In this document: piece after piece, positions 38,561-53,500 of the stretch
Numbering within the stretch: the first letter of the stretch is position 1
Layout of the letters: each line of letters begins with the position of its first letter
DNA from: Eledone cirrhosa
Taxonomy: Eukaryota
Direction: 5' to 3'
Assembly (NCBI GenBank): GCA_964016885.1
Contig: OZ024741.1
Location: forward strand, 256,866,001 to 256,930,000
Length of the DNA stretch: 64,000 nt
The notes under the pieces: generated by a model
The model's input: only the letters and a program-made list of their open reading frames with translations
Told to the model about the DNA's origin: nothing
Database searches by the model: none
Made by a program: the position numbers and the translations under genes

Positions 38561-41500
38561 TCCGACTTACGAGTGTTTCGGCTTACGAGTGTTTCGACAT
38601 ACGAGTGTTTTGACTTACGGATGTTTCGACTTACGGGTGTTTCGACTTACGAGTGTTTCGACTTACGAGTGTTCTGACTACGAGTGTTCTGACTTACGGG
38701 TGTTTCGACTTACGAGTGTTCCGACCTACGAGGGTTTCAGCTTACGGGTGTTCCGGCTTATGAGTATTTTCGGCTTACGTGTGTTTCGACTTACGAGTGT
38801 TTTGACTTACGATTGTTTCGGCTTACGAGTGTTTCGACTTACGAGTGTTTCGACTTATGAGTGTTTTGACTTACGATTGTTTCGGCTTACGAGTGTTTCG
38901 ACTTACGAGTGTTCTGACTTACGAGTGTTCTGACTTACGAGTGTTCTGACTTACGAGTGTTTCGACTTACGAAAATAACAAATAGACGCGGTTTCAAATC
39001 TGTATGCTTTTCAAGTTCATTACATTAATCTTTATTTATACGTTTCGCTTTACGAATGTTTCGACTTACGAGTGTTTCGACTTACGAGTGTTTCGACTTA
39101 CGGGTGTTTCGACTTACGAGTGTTTCGACATACGAGTGTTCTGACTACGAGTGTTCTGACTTACGGGTGCTCTGACTTACGAGTGTTTCGACTTACGAGT
39201 GTTTCGACTTACGAGTGTTTCGACTTACGAGTGTTTCTGCTTACGAGTGTTTCGACTTACTAATGTTTTTACTTACGAGTGTTTCGGTGTACGAGTGTTT
39301 CGACTTAAGGATGTTTCGACTTACGAGTGTTTCGACTTACGAGTGTTTTGGCTTACGTGAGTTTCGACTTAAGAGTGTTCTGATTTACGAGTGTTCTGAC
39401 CTGCGGGTGTTCTGATTTACGAGTGTTCCGACTTACGAGTGTTTCGGCTTATGAGTGTTTCGACTTACGAGTGTTTCGGCTTACGAGTGTTTCGACTTAT
39501 GGGCGTTTCGACTTACGAGTGTTTTTACTTACGGTGTTTCGGCTTACGAGTGCTTCGACATACGAGTGTTTTGACTTACGTGTGTTTCGACTTACGAGTG
39601 TTTTGACTTACGAATGTTTTGACTTACGAGTGTTTCGGCGTACGAGAGTTTTGACTTACGAGTGTTTCTACTTACGAGTGTTTCGACTTACGAGTGTTTT
39701 GACTTACGAATGTTTTGACTTACGGGTGTTTCGGCTTACGAGTGTTTCGACTTACGAGTCTTTCGGCTTACGAGTGTTTCGACTTACTAATGTTTTTACT
39801 TACGAGTGTTTCGGCGTACGAGTGTTTCGACTTACGAGTGTTTCGGCTTACGAGTGTTTCGACTTACTAATGTTTTTACTTACGAGTGTTTCGGCGTACG
39901 AGTGTTTCGACTTACGAGTGTTTTTACTTAAGGGTGTTTCGACTTACGTGTATTTTTGGCTTACGAGTGTTTCGACTTACGAGTGTTTTGACTTACGAGT
40001 GTTCTGATTTACGGATGTTTCGACATACGAGTGTTTTGACTTACGATGTTTCGACTTACGAGTGTTTCGACTTACGAGTGTTTCGACTTACGGGTGTTTC
40101 GACTTACGAGTGTTTCAACTTACGAGTGTTTCGACTTACGAATGTTTCGACTTACGGGTGTTTCGGCTTACGAGTGTTTCGACTTACGAGTGTTCTGACT
40201 TACGAGTGTTCTGACTTACGAGTGTTCCGGCTTACGAGTTTTTCGACTTACGAGTGTTTCGACTTACGAGTGTTTCGACTTACGAGTGTTTCGGCTTACG
40301 AGTGGTTTGACTTACGAGTGTTCTGACTACGAGTGTTCTGACTTACGAATGTTTCGGCTTATGAGTGTTTCGACTTACGAGTGTTTCGGTTTATGAGTGT
40401 TGCGACTTACGAGTGTTTCGGCTTACGAGTGTTTGGACTTACGAGTGTTTCGACTTACGGGTGTTTCGACTTACGAGTGTTTCGTCTACGAGTGTTTCGG
40501 CTTACGAGTGTTCGACATACGGGTGTTTCGACTTACGGTGTTTCGGCTTACGAGTGTTTCGACTTACGAGTGTTCTGACTTACGAGTGTTCTGACTTATG
40601 AGTGTTCTGACTTACGAGTGTTCCGACTTACGAGTGTTTCGGCTTACGAGTGTTTCGACTTACGAGTGTTTCGACTTACGAGTGTTTCGACTTATGAGTG
40701 TTTTGACTTACGGTGTTTCGGCTTACGAGTGTTTCGACTTACGAGTGTTTTGACTTACTGGTGTTTTGACATACGAGTGTTTCGATACGAGTGTTTCGAC
40801 TTACGAGTGTTCTGACTTACGAGTGTTCTGACTTACGAGTGTTCTGACTTACGAGTGTTCTAACTTACGAGTGTTCTGACTTACGAGTGTTCTGACTTAC
40901 GAGTGTTCCGACTTACGAGTGTTTCGGCTCACGAGTGTTTCGGCTTACGAGTGTTTCGACTTACGAAAATAACAAATAGACGCGGTTTCAAATCTCTATG
41001 CTTTTCAAATTCAGTACATTAATCTTTATTCATACGTTTCGCTTTACGAGTGTTTCGACTTACGAGTGTTTCGACTTACGAGTGTTTCGGCTTACGAGTG
41101 TTTTGACTTACGAGTGTTTTGACTTACATGTGTTTCGACTTACGCGTGTTTCGACTTACGAGTGTTTCGACTTGCGAGTGTTTCGACTACGGGTGTTTCG
41201 ACTTACGAATGTTTTGACTTACGGATGTTTTGACTTACGGGTGTTTCGGCTTACGAGTGTTTCGACTTACGAGTGTTCTGACTTACGAGTGTTCTGACTT
41301 ACGAGTGTTCTGACTTACGAGTGTTCCGACTTACGAGTGTTTCGACTTAAGAGTGTTTCGGATTACGAGTGCTTCGACTTACGAGTGTTTCGGCTTACGA
41401 GTGTTTCGACTTACTAATGTTTTTACTTACGAGTGTTTCGGCGTACGAGTGTTTCGACTTACGAGTGTTTCGACTTACGGGTGTTTTGACTTACGGGTGT

Positions 41501-44500
41501 TTCGGCTTACGAGTGTTTCGACTTACGAGTGTTTTGACTTAAGGGTGTTTCGACTTACGAGTATTTTTGGCTTACGAGTGTTTCGACTTACGAGTGTTTT
41601 GACTTACGAGTGTTCTAATTTACGGATGTTTCGACATACGAGTGTTTTGACTTACGAGTGTTTCGACTTATGAGTGTTTCGATTTACGAGTGTTTCGGCT
41701 TACGAGTGGTTTGACTTACGAGTGTTCTGACTACGAGTGTTTTGACTTACGAGTGTTTCGGCTTATGAGTGTTTCGACTTACGAGTGTTTCGGTTTACGA
41801 GTGTTTCGACTTACGAGTGTTTCGACTTACGAGTGTTTCGACTTACGAGTGATTCGACCACGAGTGTTTCGACTTACGAGTGTTTCGGCTTACGAGTGTT
41901 TCGACATACGGGTGTTTCGACTTACGATGTTTCGGCTTACGAGTGTTTCGACTTACGAGTGTTCTGACTTACGGGTGTTTCGACTTACTGGTGTTTCGAC
42001 TTAAGAGTGTTTCGACTTACGAGCGCTTCGACTTACGAGTGTTCTGACTTACGAGTGTTCCGACTTACGAGTGTTTCGGCTTACGAGTGTTTCGGCTTAC
42101 TAATGTTTTTACTTACGAGTGTTTCGGTGTACGAGTGTTTCGACTTAAGGATGTTTCGACTTACGAGTGTTTCGACTTACGAGTGTTTCGACTTACGAGT
42201 GTTTCGACTTACGAGTTTTTTGGCTTACGAAGGTTTTGACTTACGGGTGTTTCGACTTACGGGTGTTTCGGCTTACGAGTGTTTCGACTTACGAGTGTTT
42301 TGACTTACGAGTGTTCTGACTTACGAGTGTTCCGACTTACGAGTGTTCCGACTTACGAGTGTTTCGGCTTAAGAGTGTTTCGGCTTACGAGTGTTTCGAC
42401 ATACGGGTGTTTCGACTTACGGTGTTTCGGCTTACGAGTGTTTCAACTTACGAGTGTTTCGACTACGAATGTTTCGACTTACGAGTGTTTTGACTTACGA
42501 GTGTTCTGACTACGAGTGTTCTGACTTACGGGTGTTCTGACTTACGAGTGTTCCGACTTACGAGTGTTTCGGCTAATGAGTGTTTCGACTTACGGGCGTT
42601 TCGACTTACGGGTGTTTCGACTTACGAGTGTTTTGACTTACGAGTGTTCTGACTTACGAGTGTTCTGACTTACGAGAGTTCCGACTTACGACTGTTTCGA
42701 CTTACGAGTGTTTTGACTTACGAGTGTTCCGACTTACGAGTGTTTCGGCTTATGGGTGTTTTGACGTACGAGTATTTTTGGCTTACGAGTGTTTCTACTT
42801 ACGAGTGTTTTGAATTACGATTGTTTCGGCTTACGAGTGTTTCGACTTACGAGTATTTCGACTTACGAGTTTTTTTACTTACGGTGTTTCGGCTTACGAG
42901 TGTTTCGACTTATGAGTGTTCTGATTTACGGATGTTTCGACATACGAGTGTTTTGACTTACGGTGTTTCGACTTACGAGTGTTTCGACTTACGAGTGTTT
43001 CGACTTACGGGTGTTTCGACTTACGAGTGTTTCGACTTACGAGTGTTACGACTTACGGGTGTTTCGGCTTACGAGTGTTTCGACTTACGAGTCTTCTGAC
43101 TTACGAGTGTTCTGACTTACGAGTGTTCCGGCTTACGAGTTTTTCGACTTACGAGTGTTTCGACTTACGAGTGTTTCGGCTTACAAGTGTTTCGGCTTAC
43201 GAGTGGTTTGACTTACGAGTGTTCTGACTACGAGTGTTCTGTCTTACGAGTGTTTCGACTTACGAGTGTTTCGGCTTATGAGTGTTTCGACTCACGAGTG
43301 TTTCGGCTTACGAGTGTTTCGACTTACGAGTGTTTCGACTTACGGGTGTTTCGACTTACGAGTGTTTCGACTACGAATGTTTCGACTTACGAGTGTTTCG
43401 GCTTACGAGTGTTTCGACTTATGGGTGTTTCGACTTACGAGTGTTTTTACTTACGGTGTTTCGGCTTACGAGTGTTTCGACATACGAGTGTTTTGACTTA
43501 CGGGTGTTTCGACTTACGAGTGTTTCGACTTACGAATGTTTTGACTTACGGGTGTTTCGGCTTACGATTGTTTCGATTTATGAGTGTTTCGGCTTACGAG
43601 TGTTTCGACTTACTAATGTTTTTACTTACGAGTGTTTCGGCGTACGAGAGTTTTGACTTACGAGTGTTTCTACTTACGAGTGTTTCGACTTACGAGTGTT
43701 TTGACTTACGAATGTTTTGACTTACGGGTGTTTCGGCTTACGAGTGTTTCGACTTACGAGTCTTTCGGCTTACGAGTGTTTCGACTTACTAATGTTTTTA
43801 CTTACGAGTGTTTCGGCGTACGAGTGTTTCGACTTACGAGTGTTTCGACTTACGGGTGTTTTGACTTACGGGTGTTTCGGCTTACGAGTGTTTCGACTTA
43901 CGAGTGTTTTGACTTAAGGGTGTTTCGACTTACGAGTATTTTTGGCTTACGAGTGTTTCGACTTACGAGAGTTTTGACCTACGAGTGTTCTAATTTACGG
44001 ATGTTTCGACATACGAGTGTTTTGACTTACGAGTGTTTCGACTTATGAGTGTTTCGACTTACGAGTGTTTCGGCTTACGAGTGGTTTGACTTACGAGTGT
44101 TCTGACTACGAGTGTTTTGACTTACGAGTGTTTCGGCTTATGAGTGTTTCGACTTACGAGTGTTTCGGCTTATGAGTGTTTCGACTTACGTGTGTTTCGG
44201 TTTACGAGTGTTTCGACTTACGAGTGTTTCGACTTACGGGTGTTTCGACTTACGAGTGTTTCGACTACGAGTGTTTCGACTTACGAGTGTTTCGGCTTAC
44301 GAGTGTTTCGACATACGGGTGTTTCGACTTACGATGTTTCGGCTTACGAGTGTTTCGACTTACGAGTCTTCTGACTTACGGGTGTTTCGACTTATGGGTG
44401 TTTCGACTTAAGAGTGTTTCGACTTGCGAGCGCTTCGACTTACGAGTGTTCTGACTTACGAGTGTTCCGACTTACGAGTGTTTCGGCTTACGAGTGTTTC

Positions 44501-47500
44501 GACTTACGAGTGTTCCGGCTTACGCGTGTTTCGACTTACGAGTGTTTCGGCTTATGAGTGTTTCGACTTACGAGTGCTTCGGCTTACGAGTGTTTCGACT
44601 TACGAGTGTTTCGGCTTACGAGAGTTTCGACTTACGAATGTTTTGGCTTACGAGTGTTTCGGCTTACGAGTGTTTCGACTTACGGGTGTTTCGACTTACG
44701 GGTGTTCCGACTTAAGAGTGATTCGACTTACGGGCGCTTCGACTTACGAGTGTTCCGACTTACGAGTGTTTCTGCTTACGAGTGTTTCGACTTACGAATG
44801 TTTCGACTTACGAGTGTTTCGGCTTACGAGTGTTTCGACTTACTAATGTTTTTACTTACGAGTGTTTCGGCGTACGAGTGTTTCGACTTACGAGTGTTTC
44901 GGCTTACGAGTGTTTCGACTTACGAGTGTTTTTACTTAAGGGTGTTTCGACTTACGAGTATTTTTGGCTTACGAGTGTTTCGACTTACGAGTGTTTTGAC
45001 TTACGAGTGTTCTGATTTACGAATGTTTCGACATACGAGTGTTTTGACTTACGATGTTTCGACTTACGAGTGTTTCGACTTACGAGTGTTCTGACTTACG
45101 AGTGTTCTGACTTACGAGTGTTCCGGCTTACGAGTTTTTCGACTTACGAGTGTTTCGACTTACGAGTGTTTCGACTTACGAGTGTTTCGGCTTACGAGTG
45201 GTTTGACTTACGAGTGTTCTGACTACGAGTGTTCTGACTTACGAGTGTTTCGGCTTATGAGTGTTTCGACTTACGAGTGTTTCGGTTTATGAGTGTTTCG
45301 ACTTACGAGTGTTTCGGCTTACGAGTGTTTCGACTTACGAATGTTTCGACTTACGGGTGTTTCGACTTACGAGTGTTTCGTCTACGAGTGTTTCGACTTA
45401 CGAGTGTTTCGGCTTACGAGTGTTTCGACATACGGGTGTTTCGACTTACGGTGTTTCGGCTTTCGAGTGTTTCGACTTACGAGTGTTTTGACTTACGAGT
45501 GTTCTGACTTACGAGTGTTCCGACTTACGAGTGTTCCGACTTACGAGTGTTTCGGATTACGAGTGTTTCGGCTTACGAGTGTTTCGGCTTACGAGTGTTT
45601 TGACTTACGAGTGTTCTGACTACGAGTGTTCTGACTTACGGGTGTTCTGACTTACGGTGTTCCGACTTACGAGTGTTTCGGCTAATGAGTGTTTCGACTT
45701 ACGGGCGTTTCGACTTACGGGTGTTTCGAATTACGAGTGTTTTGACTTACGAGTGTTCTGACTTACGAGTGTTTTGACTTACGAGTGTTCCGACTTACGA
45801 GTGTTTCGGCTTACGGGTGTTTCGACGTACGAGTATTTTTGGCTTACGAGTGTTTCGAGTTACGAGTGTTTTGAATTACGATTGTTTCGGCTTACGAGTG
45901 TTTCGACTTACGAGTATTTCGACTTACGAGTTTTTTTACTTACGGTGTTTCGGCTTACGAGTGTTTCGACTTACGAGTGTTTCGACTTACGGGTGTTTTG
46001 ACATACGAGTGTTTCGATATGAGTGCTCTGACTTACGAGTGTTCTGACTTATGAGTGTTCTGACTTACGAGTGTTCTGACTTACGGGTGTTCTGACTTAC
46101 GTGTGTTCCGACTTACGTGTTTCAGCTATGGGTGTTTCGACTTACGAGTGTTTCGACTTACGAATGTTTTGGCTTACGAGTGTTTCGGCTTACGAATGTT
46201 TCGACTTACGAATGTTTTGGCTTACGAGTGTTTCGGCTTATGGGTGTTTCGACTTACGAGTGTTTCGACTTGCGAGTGTTTTGACTTACGGTGTTTCGGC
46301 TTACAAGTTATTCGACATACGAGTGTTTCGACTTACGAGTGTTTCGACTTACGGGTGTTTCGACTTACGAGTGTTTCGACTTACGAGTGTTCTGACTTAC
46401 GAGTGTTCTGACTTACGAGTGTTCTGACTTACGAGTGTTCCGACTTACGAGTGTTCCGACTTACGAGTGTTTTGACTTACGAGTGTTCTGACTTACGAGT
46501 GTTCTTACTTACGAGTGTTCCGACTTACGAGTGTTCCGACTTACGAGTGTTTCGGCTTACGAGTGTTTCGGCTTACTAATGTTTTTACTTACGAGTGTTT
46601 CGGTGTACGAGTGTTTCGACTTAAGGATGTTTCGACTTACGAGTGTTTCGACTTACGAGTGTTTCGACTTACGAGTGTTTTGGCTTACGAATGTTTTTAC
46701 TTACGGGTGTTTCGACTTACGGGTGTTTCGGCTTACGAGTGTTTCGACTTACGAGTGTTTTGACTTACGAGTGTTCTGACTTACGAGTGTTCCGACTTAC
46801 GAGTGTTCCGACTTACGAGTGTTTCGGCTTACGAGTGTTTCGGCTTACGAGTGTTTCGGCTTACGAGTGTTTTGACTTACGAGTGTTCTGACTACGAGTG
46901 TTCTGACTTACGGGTGTTCTGACTTACGAGTGTTCCGACTTACGAGTGTTTCGGCTAATGAGTGTTTCGACTTACGGGCGTTTCGACTTACGGGTGTTTC
47001 GACTTACGAGTGTTTTGACTTATGAGTGTTCAGACTTACGAGTGTTCTGACTTACGAGTGTTCCGATTTACGACTGTTTCGACTTACGAGTGTTTTGACT
47101 TACGAGTGTTCCGACTTACGATTGTTTCGGCTTACGGGTGTTTCGACGTACGAGTATTTTTGGCTTACGAGTGTTTCGACTTACGAGTGTTTTGAATTAC
47201 GATTGTTTCGGCTTACGAGTGTTTCGACTTACGAGTATTTCGACGTACGAGTTTTTTTTCCTTACGGTGTTTCGGCTTCCGAGTGTTTCGACTTATGAGT
47301 GTTTCGACTTACGAGTGTTCTGACTTACGAGTGTTCTGACTTGCGAGTGTTCCGACTTACGAGTGTTTCGGCTTACGAGTGTTTCGACATACGAGTGTTT
47401 TGACTTACGGATGTTTCGACTTACGGGTGTTTCGACTTACGAGTGTTTCGACTTACGAGTGTTCTGACTACGAGTGTTCTGACTTACGGGTGTTTCGACT

Positions 47501-50500
47501 TACGAGTGTTCCGACCTACGAGGGTTTCAGCTTACGGGTGTTCCGGCTTATGAGTATTTTCGGCTTACGTGTGTTTCGACTTACGAGTGTTTTGACTTAC
47601 GATTGTTTCGGCTTACGAGTGTTTCGACTTACGAGTGTTTCGACTTATGAGTGTTTTGACTTACGATTGTTTCGGCTTACGAGTGTTTCGACTTACGAGT
47701 GTTCTGACTTACGAGTGTTCTGACTTACGAGTGTTCTGACTTACGAGTGTTTCGACTTACGAAAATAACAAATAGACGCGGTTTCAAATCTGTATGCTTT
47801 TCAAGTTCATTACATTAATCTTTATTTATACGTTTCGCTTTACGAATGTTTCGACTTACGAGTGTTTCGACTTACGAGTGTTTCGACTTACGGGTGTTTC
47901 GACTTACGAGTGTTTCGACATACGAGTGTTCTGACTACGAGTGTTCTGACTTACGGGTGCTCTGACTTACGAGTGTTTCGACTTACGAGTGTTTCGACTT
48001 ACGAGTGTTTCGACTTACGAGTGTTTCTGCTTACGAGTGTTTCGACTTACTAATGTTTTTACTTACGAGTGTTTCGGTGTACGAGTGTTTCGACTTAAGG
48101 ATGTTTCGACTTACGAGTGTTTCGACTTACGAGTGTTTTGGCTTACGTGAGTTTCGACTTAAGAGTGTTCTGATTTACGAGTGTTCTGACCTGCGGGTGT
48201 TCTGATTTACGAGTGTTCCGACTTACGAGTGTTTCGGCTTATGAGTGTTTCGACTTACGAGTGTTTCGGCTTACGAGTGTTTCGACTTATGGGCGTTTCG
48301 ACTTACGAGTGTTTTTACTTACGGTGTTTCGGCTTACGAGTGCTTCGACATACGAGTGTTTTGACTTACGTGTGTTTCGACTTACGAGTGTTTTGACTTA
48401 CGAATGTTTTGACTTACGAGTGTTTCGGCGTACGAGAGTTTTGACTTACGAGTGTTTCTACTTACGAGTGTTTCGACTTACGAGTGTTTTGACTTACGAA
48501 TGTTTTGACTTACGGGTGTTTCGGCTTACGAGTGTTTCGACTTACGAGTCTTTCGGCTTACGAGTGTTTCGACTTACTAATGTTTTTACTTACGAGTGTT
48601 TCGGCGTACGAGTGTTTCGACTTACGAGTGTTTCGGCTTACGAGTGTTTCGACTTACTAATGTTTTTACTTACGAGTGTTTCGGCGTACGAGTGTTTCGA
48701 CTTACGAGTGTTTTTACTTAAGGGTGTTTCGACTTACGTGTATTTTTGGCTTACGAGTGTTTCGACTTACGAGTGTTTTGACTTACGAGTGTTCTGATTT
48801 ACGGATGTTTCGACATACGAGTGTTTTGACTTACGATGTTTCGACTTACGAGTGTTTCGACTTACGAGTGTTTCGACTTACGGGTGTTTCGACTTACGAG
48901 TGTTTCAACTTACGAGTGTTTCGACTTACGAATGTTTCGACTTACGGGTGTTTCGGCTTACGAGTGTTTCGACTTACGAGTGTTCTGACTTACGAGTGTT
49001 CTGACTTACGAGTGTTCCGGCTTACGAGTTTTTCGACTTACGAGTGTTTCGACTTACGAGTGTTTCGACTTACGAGTGTTTCGGCTTACGAGTGGTTTGA
49101 CTTACGAGTGTTCTGACTACGAGTGTTCTGACTTACGAATGTTTCGGCTTATGAGTGTTTCGACTTACGAGTGTTTCGGTTTATGAGTGTTGCGACTTAC
49201 GAGTGTTTCGGCTTACGAGTGTTTGGACTTACGAGTGTTTCGACTTACGGGTGTTTCGACTTACGAGTGTTTCGTCTACGAGTGTTTCGGCTTACGAGTG
49301 TTCGACATACGGGTGTTTCGACTTACGGTGTTTCGGCTTACGAGTGTTTCGACTTACGAGTGTTCTGACTTACGAGTGTTCTGACTTATGAGTGTTCTGA
49401 CTTACGAGTGTTCCGACTTACGAGTGTTTCGGCTTACGAGTGTTTCGACTTACGAGTGTTTCGACTTACGAGTGTTTCGACTTATGAGTGTTTTGACTTA
49501 CGGTGTTTCGGCTTACGAGTGTTTCGACTTACGAGTGTTTTGACTTACTGGTGTTTTGACATACGAGTGTTTCGATACGAGTGTTTCGACTTACGAGTGT
49601 TCTGACTTACGAGTGTTCTGACTTACGAGTGTTCTGACTTACGAGTGTTCTAACTTACGAGTGTTCTGACTTACGAGTGTTCTGACTTACGAGTGTTCCG
49701 ACTTACGAGTGTTTCGGCTCACGAGTGTTTCGGCTTACGAGTGTTTCGACTTACGAAAATAACAAATAGACGCGGTTTCAAATCTCTATGCTTTTCAAAT
49801 TCAGTACATTAATCTTTATTCATACGTTTCGCTTTACGAGTGTTTCGACTTACGAGTGTTTCGACTTACGAGTGTTTCGGCTTACGAGTGTTTTGACTTA
49901 CGAGTGTTTTGACTTACATGTGTTTCGACTTACGCGTGTTTCGACTTACGAGTATTTCGACTTGCGAGTGTTTCGACTACGGGTGTTTCGACTTACGAAT
50001 GTTTTGACTTACGGATGTTTTGACTTACGGGTGTTTCGGCTTACGAGTGTTTCGACTTACGAGTGTTCTGACTTACGAGTGTTCTGACTTACGAGTGTTC
50101 TGACTTACGAGTGTTCCGACTTACGAGTGTTTCGACTTAAGAGTGTTTCGGATTACGAGTGCTTCGACTTACGAGTGTTTCGGCTTACGAGTGTTTCGAC
50201 TTACTAATGTTTTTACTTACGAGTGTTTCGGCGTACGAGTGTTTCGACTTACGAGTGTTTCGACTTACGGGTGTTTTGACTTACGGGTGTTTCGGCTTAC
50301 GAGTGTTTCGACTTACGAGTGTTTTGACTTAAGGGTGTTTCGACTTACGAGTATTTTTGGCTTACGAGTGTTTCGACTTACGAGTGTTTTGACTTACGAG
50401 TGTTCTAATTTACGGATGTTTCGACATACGAGTGTTTTGACTTACGAGTGTTTCGACTTATGAGTGTTTCGATTTACGAGTGTTTCGGCTTACGAGTGGT

Positions 50501-53500
50501 TTGACTTACGAGTGTTCTGACTACGAGTGTTTTGACTTACGAGTGTTTCGGCTTATGAGTGTTTCGACTTACGAGTGTTTCGGTTTACGAGTGTTTCGAC
50601 TTACGAGTGTTTCGACTTACGAGTGTTTCGACTTACGAGTGATTCGACCACGAGTGTTTCGACTTACGAGTGTTTCGGCTTACGAGTGTTTCGACATACG
50701 GGTGTTTCGACTTACGATGTTTCGGCTTACGAGTGTTTCGACTTACGAGTGTTCTGACTTACGGGTGTTTCGACTTACTGGTGTTTCGACTTAAGAGTGT
50801 TTCGACTTACGAGCGCTTCGACTTACGAGTGTTCTGACTTACGAGTGTTCCGACTTACGAGTGTTTCGGCTTACGAGTGTTTCGGCTTACTAATGTTTTT
50901 ACTTACGAGTGTTTCGGTGTACGAGTGTTTCGACTTAAGGATGTTTCGACTTACGAGTGTTTCGACTTACGAGTGTTTCGACTTACGAGTGTTTCGACTT
51001 ACGAGTTTTTTGGCTTACGAAGGTTTTGACTTACGGGTGTTTCGACTTACGGGTGTTTCGGCTTACGAGTGTTTCGACTTACGAGTGTTTTGACTTACGA
51101 GTGTTCTGACTTACGAGTGTTCCGACTTACGAGTGTTCCGACTTACGAGTGTTTCGGCTTAAGAGTGTTTCGGCTTACGAGTGTTTCGACATACGGGTGT
51201 TTCGACTTACGGTGTTTCGGCTTACGAGTGTTTCAACTTACGAGTGTTTCGACTACGAATGTTTCGACTTACGAGTGTTTTGACTTACGAGTGTTCTGAC
51301 TACGAGTGTTCTGACTTACGGGTGTTCTGACTTACGAGTGTTCCGACTTACGAGTGTTTCGGCTAATGAGTGTTTCGACTTACGGGCGTTTCGACTTACG
51401 GGTGTTTCGACTTACGAGTGTTTTGACTTACGAGTGTTCTGACTTACGAGTGTTCTGACTTACGAGAGTTCCGACTTACGACTGTTTCGACTTACGAGTG
51501 TTTTGACTTACGAGTGTTCCGACTTACGAGTGTTTCGGCTTATGGGTGTTTTGACGTACGAGTATTTTTGGCTTACGAGTGTTTCTACTTACGAGTGTTT
51601 TGAATTACGATTGTTTCGGCTTACGAGTGTTTCGACTTACGAGTATTTCGACTTACGAGTTTTTTTACTTACGGTGTTTCGGCTTACGAGTGTTTCGACT
51701 TATGAGTGTTCTGATTTACGGATGTTTCGACATACGAGTGTTTTGACTTACGGTGTTTCGACTTACGAGTGTTTCGACTTACGAGTGTTTCGACTTACGG
51801 GTGTTTCGACTTACGAGTGTTTCGACTTACGAGTGTTACGACTTACGGGTGTTTCGGCTTACGAGTGTTTCGACTTACGAGTCTTCTGACTTACGAGTGT
51901 TCTGACTTACGAGTGTTCCGGCTTACGAGTTTTTCGACTTACGAGTGTTTCGACTTACGAGTGTTTCGGCTTACAAGTGTTTCGGCTTACGAGTGGTTTG
52001 ACTTACGAGTGTTCTGACTACGAGTGTTCTGTCTTACGAGTGTTTCGACTTACGAGTGTTTCGGCTTATGAGTGTTTCGACTCACGAGTGTTTCGGCTTA
52101 CGAGTGTTTCGACTTACGAGTGTTTCGACTTACGGGTGTTTCGACTTACGAGTGTTTCGACTACGAATGTTTCGACTTACGAGTGTTTCGGCTTACGAGT
52201 GTTTCGACTTATGGGTGTTTCGACTTACGAGTGTTTTTACTTACGGTGTTTCGGCTTACGAGTGTTTCGACATACGAGTGTTTTGACTTACGGGTGTTTC
52301 GACTTACGAGTGTTTCGACTTACGAATGTTTTGACTTACGGGTGTTTCGGCTTACGATTGTTTCGATTTATGAGTGTTTCGGCTTACGAGTGTTTCGACT
52401 TACTAATGTTTTTACTTACGAGTGTTTCGGCGTACGAGAGTTTTGACTTACGAGTGTTTCTACTTACGAGTGTTTCGACTTACGAGTGTTTTGACTTACG
52501 AATGTTTTGACTTACGGGTGTTTCGGCTTACGAGTGTTTCGACTTACGAGTCTTTCGGCTTACGAGTGTTTCGACTTACTAATGTTTTTACTTACGAGTG
52601 TTTCGGCGTACGAGTGTTTCGACTTACGAGTGTTTCGACTTACGGGTGTTTTGACTTACGGGTGTTTCGGCTTACGAGTGTTTCGACTTACGAGTGTTTT
52701 GACTTAAGGGTGTTTCGACTTACGAGTATTTTTGGCTTACGAGTGTTTCGACTTACGAGAGTTTTGACCTACGAGTGTTCTAATTTACGGATGTTTCGAC
52801 ATACGAGTGTTTTGACTTACGAGTGTTTCGACTTATGAGTGTTTCGACTTACGAGTGTTTCGGCTTACGAGTGGTTTGACTTACGAGTGTTCTGACTACG
52901 AGTGTTTTGACTTACGAGTGTTTCGGCTTATGAGTGTTTCGACTTACGAGTGTTTCGGCTTATGAGTGTTTCGACTTACGTGTGTTTCGGTTTACGAGTG
53001 TTTCGACTTACGAGTGTTTCGACTTACGGGTGTTTCGACTTACGAGTGTTTCGACTACGAGTGTTTCGACTTACGAGTGTTTCGGCTTACGAGTGTTTCG
53101 ACATACGGGTGTTTCGACTTACGATGTTTCGGCTTACGAGTGTTTCGACTTACGAGTCTTCTGACTTACGGGTGTTTCGACTTATGGGTGTTTCGACTTA
53201 AGAGTGTTTCGACTTGCGAGCGCTTCGACTTACGAGTGTTCTGACTTACGAGTGTTCCGACTTACGAGTGTTTCGGCTTACGAGTGTTTCGACTTACGAG
53301 TGTTCCGGCTTACGCGTGTTTCGACTTACGAGTGTTTCGGCTTATGAGTGTTTCGACTTACGAGTGCTTCGGCTTACGAGTGTTTCGACTTACGAGTGTT
53401 TCGGCTTACGAGAGTTTCGACTTACGAATGTTTTGGCTTACGAGTGTTTCGGCTTACGAGTGTTTCGACTTACGGGTGTTTCGACTTACGGGTGTTCCGA

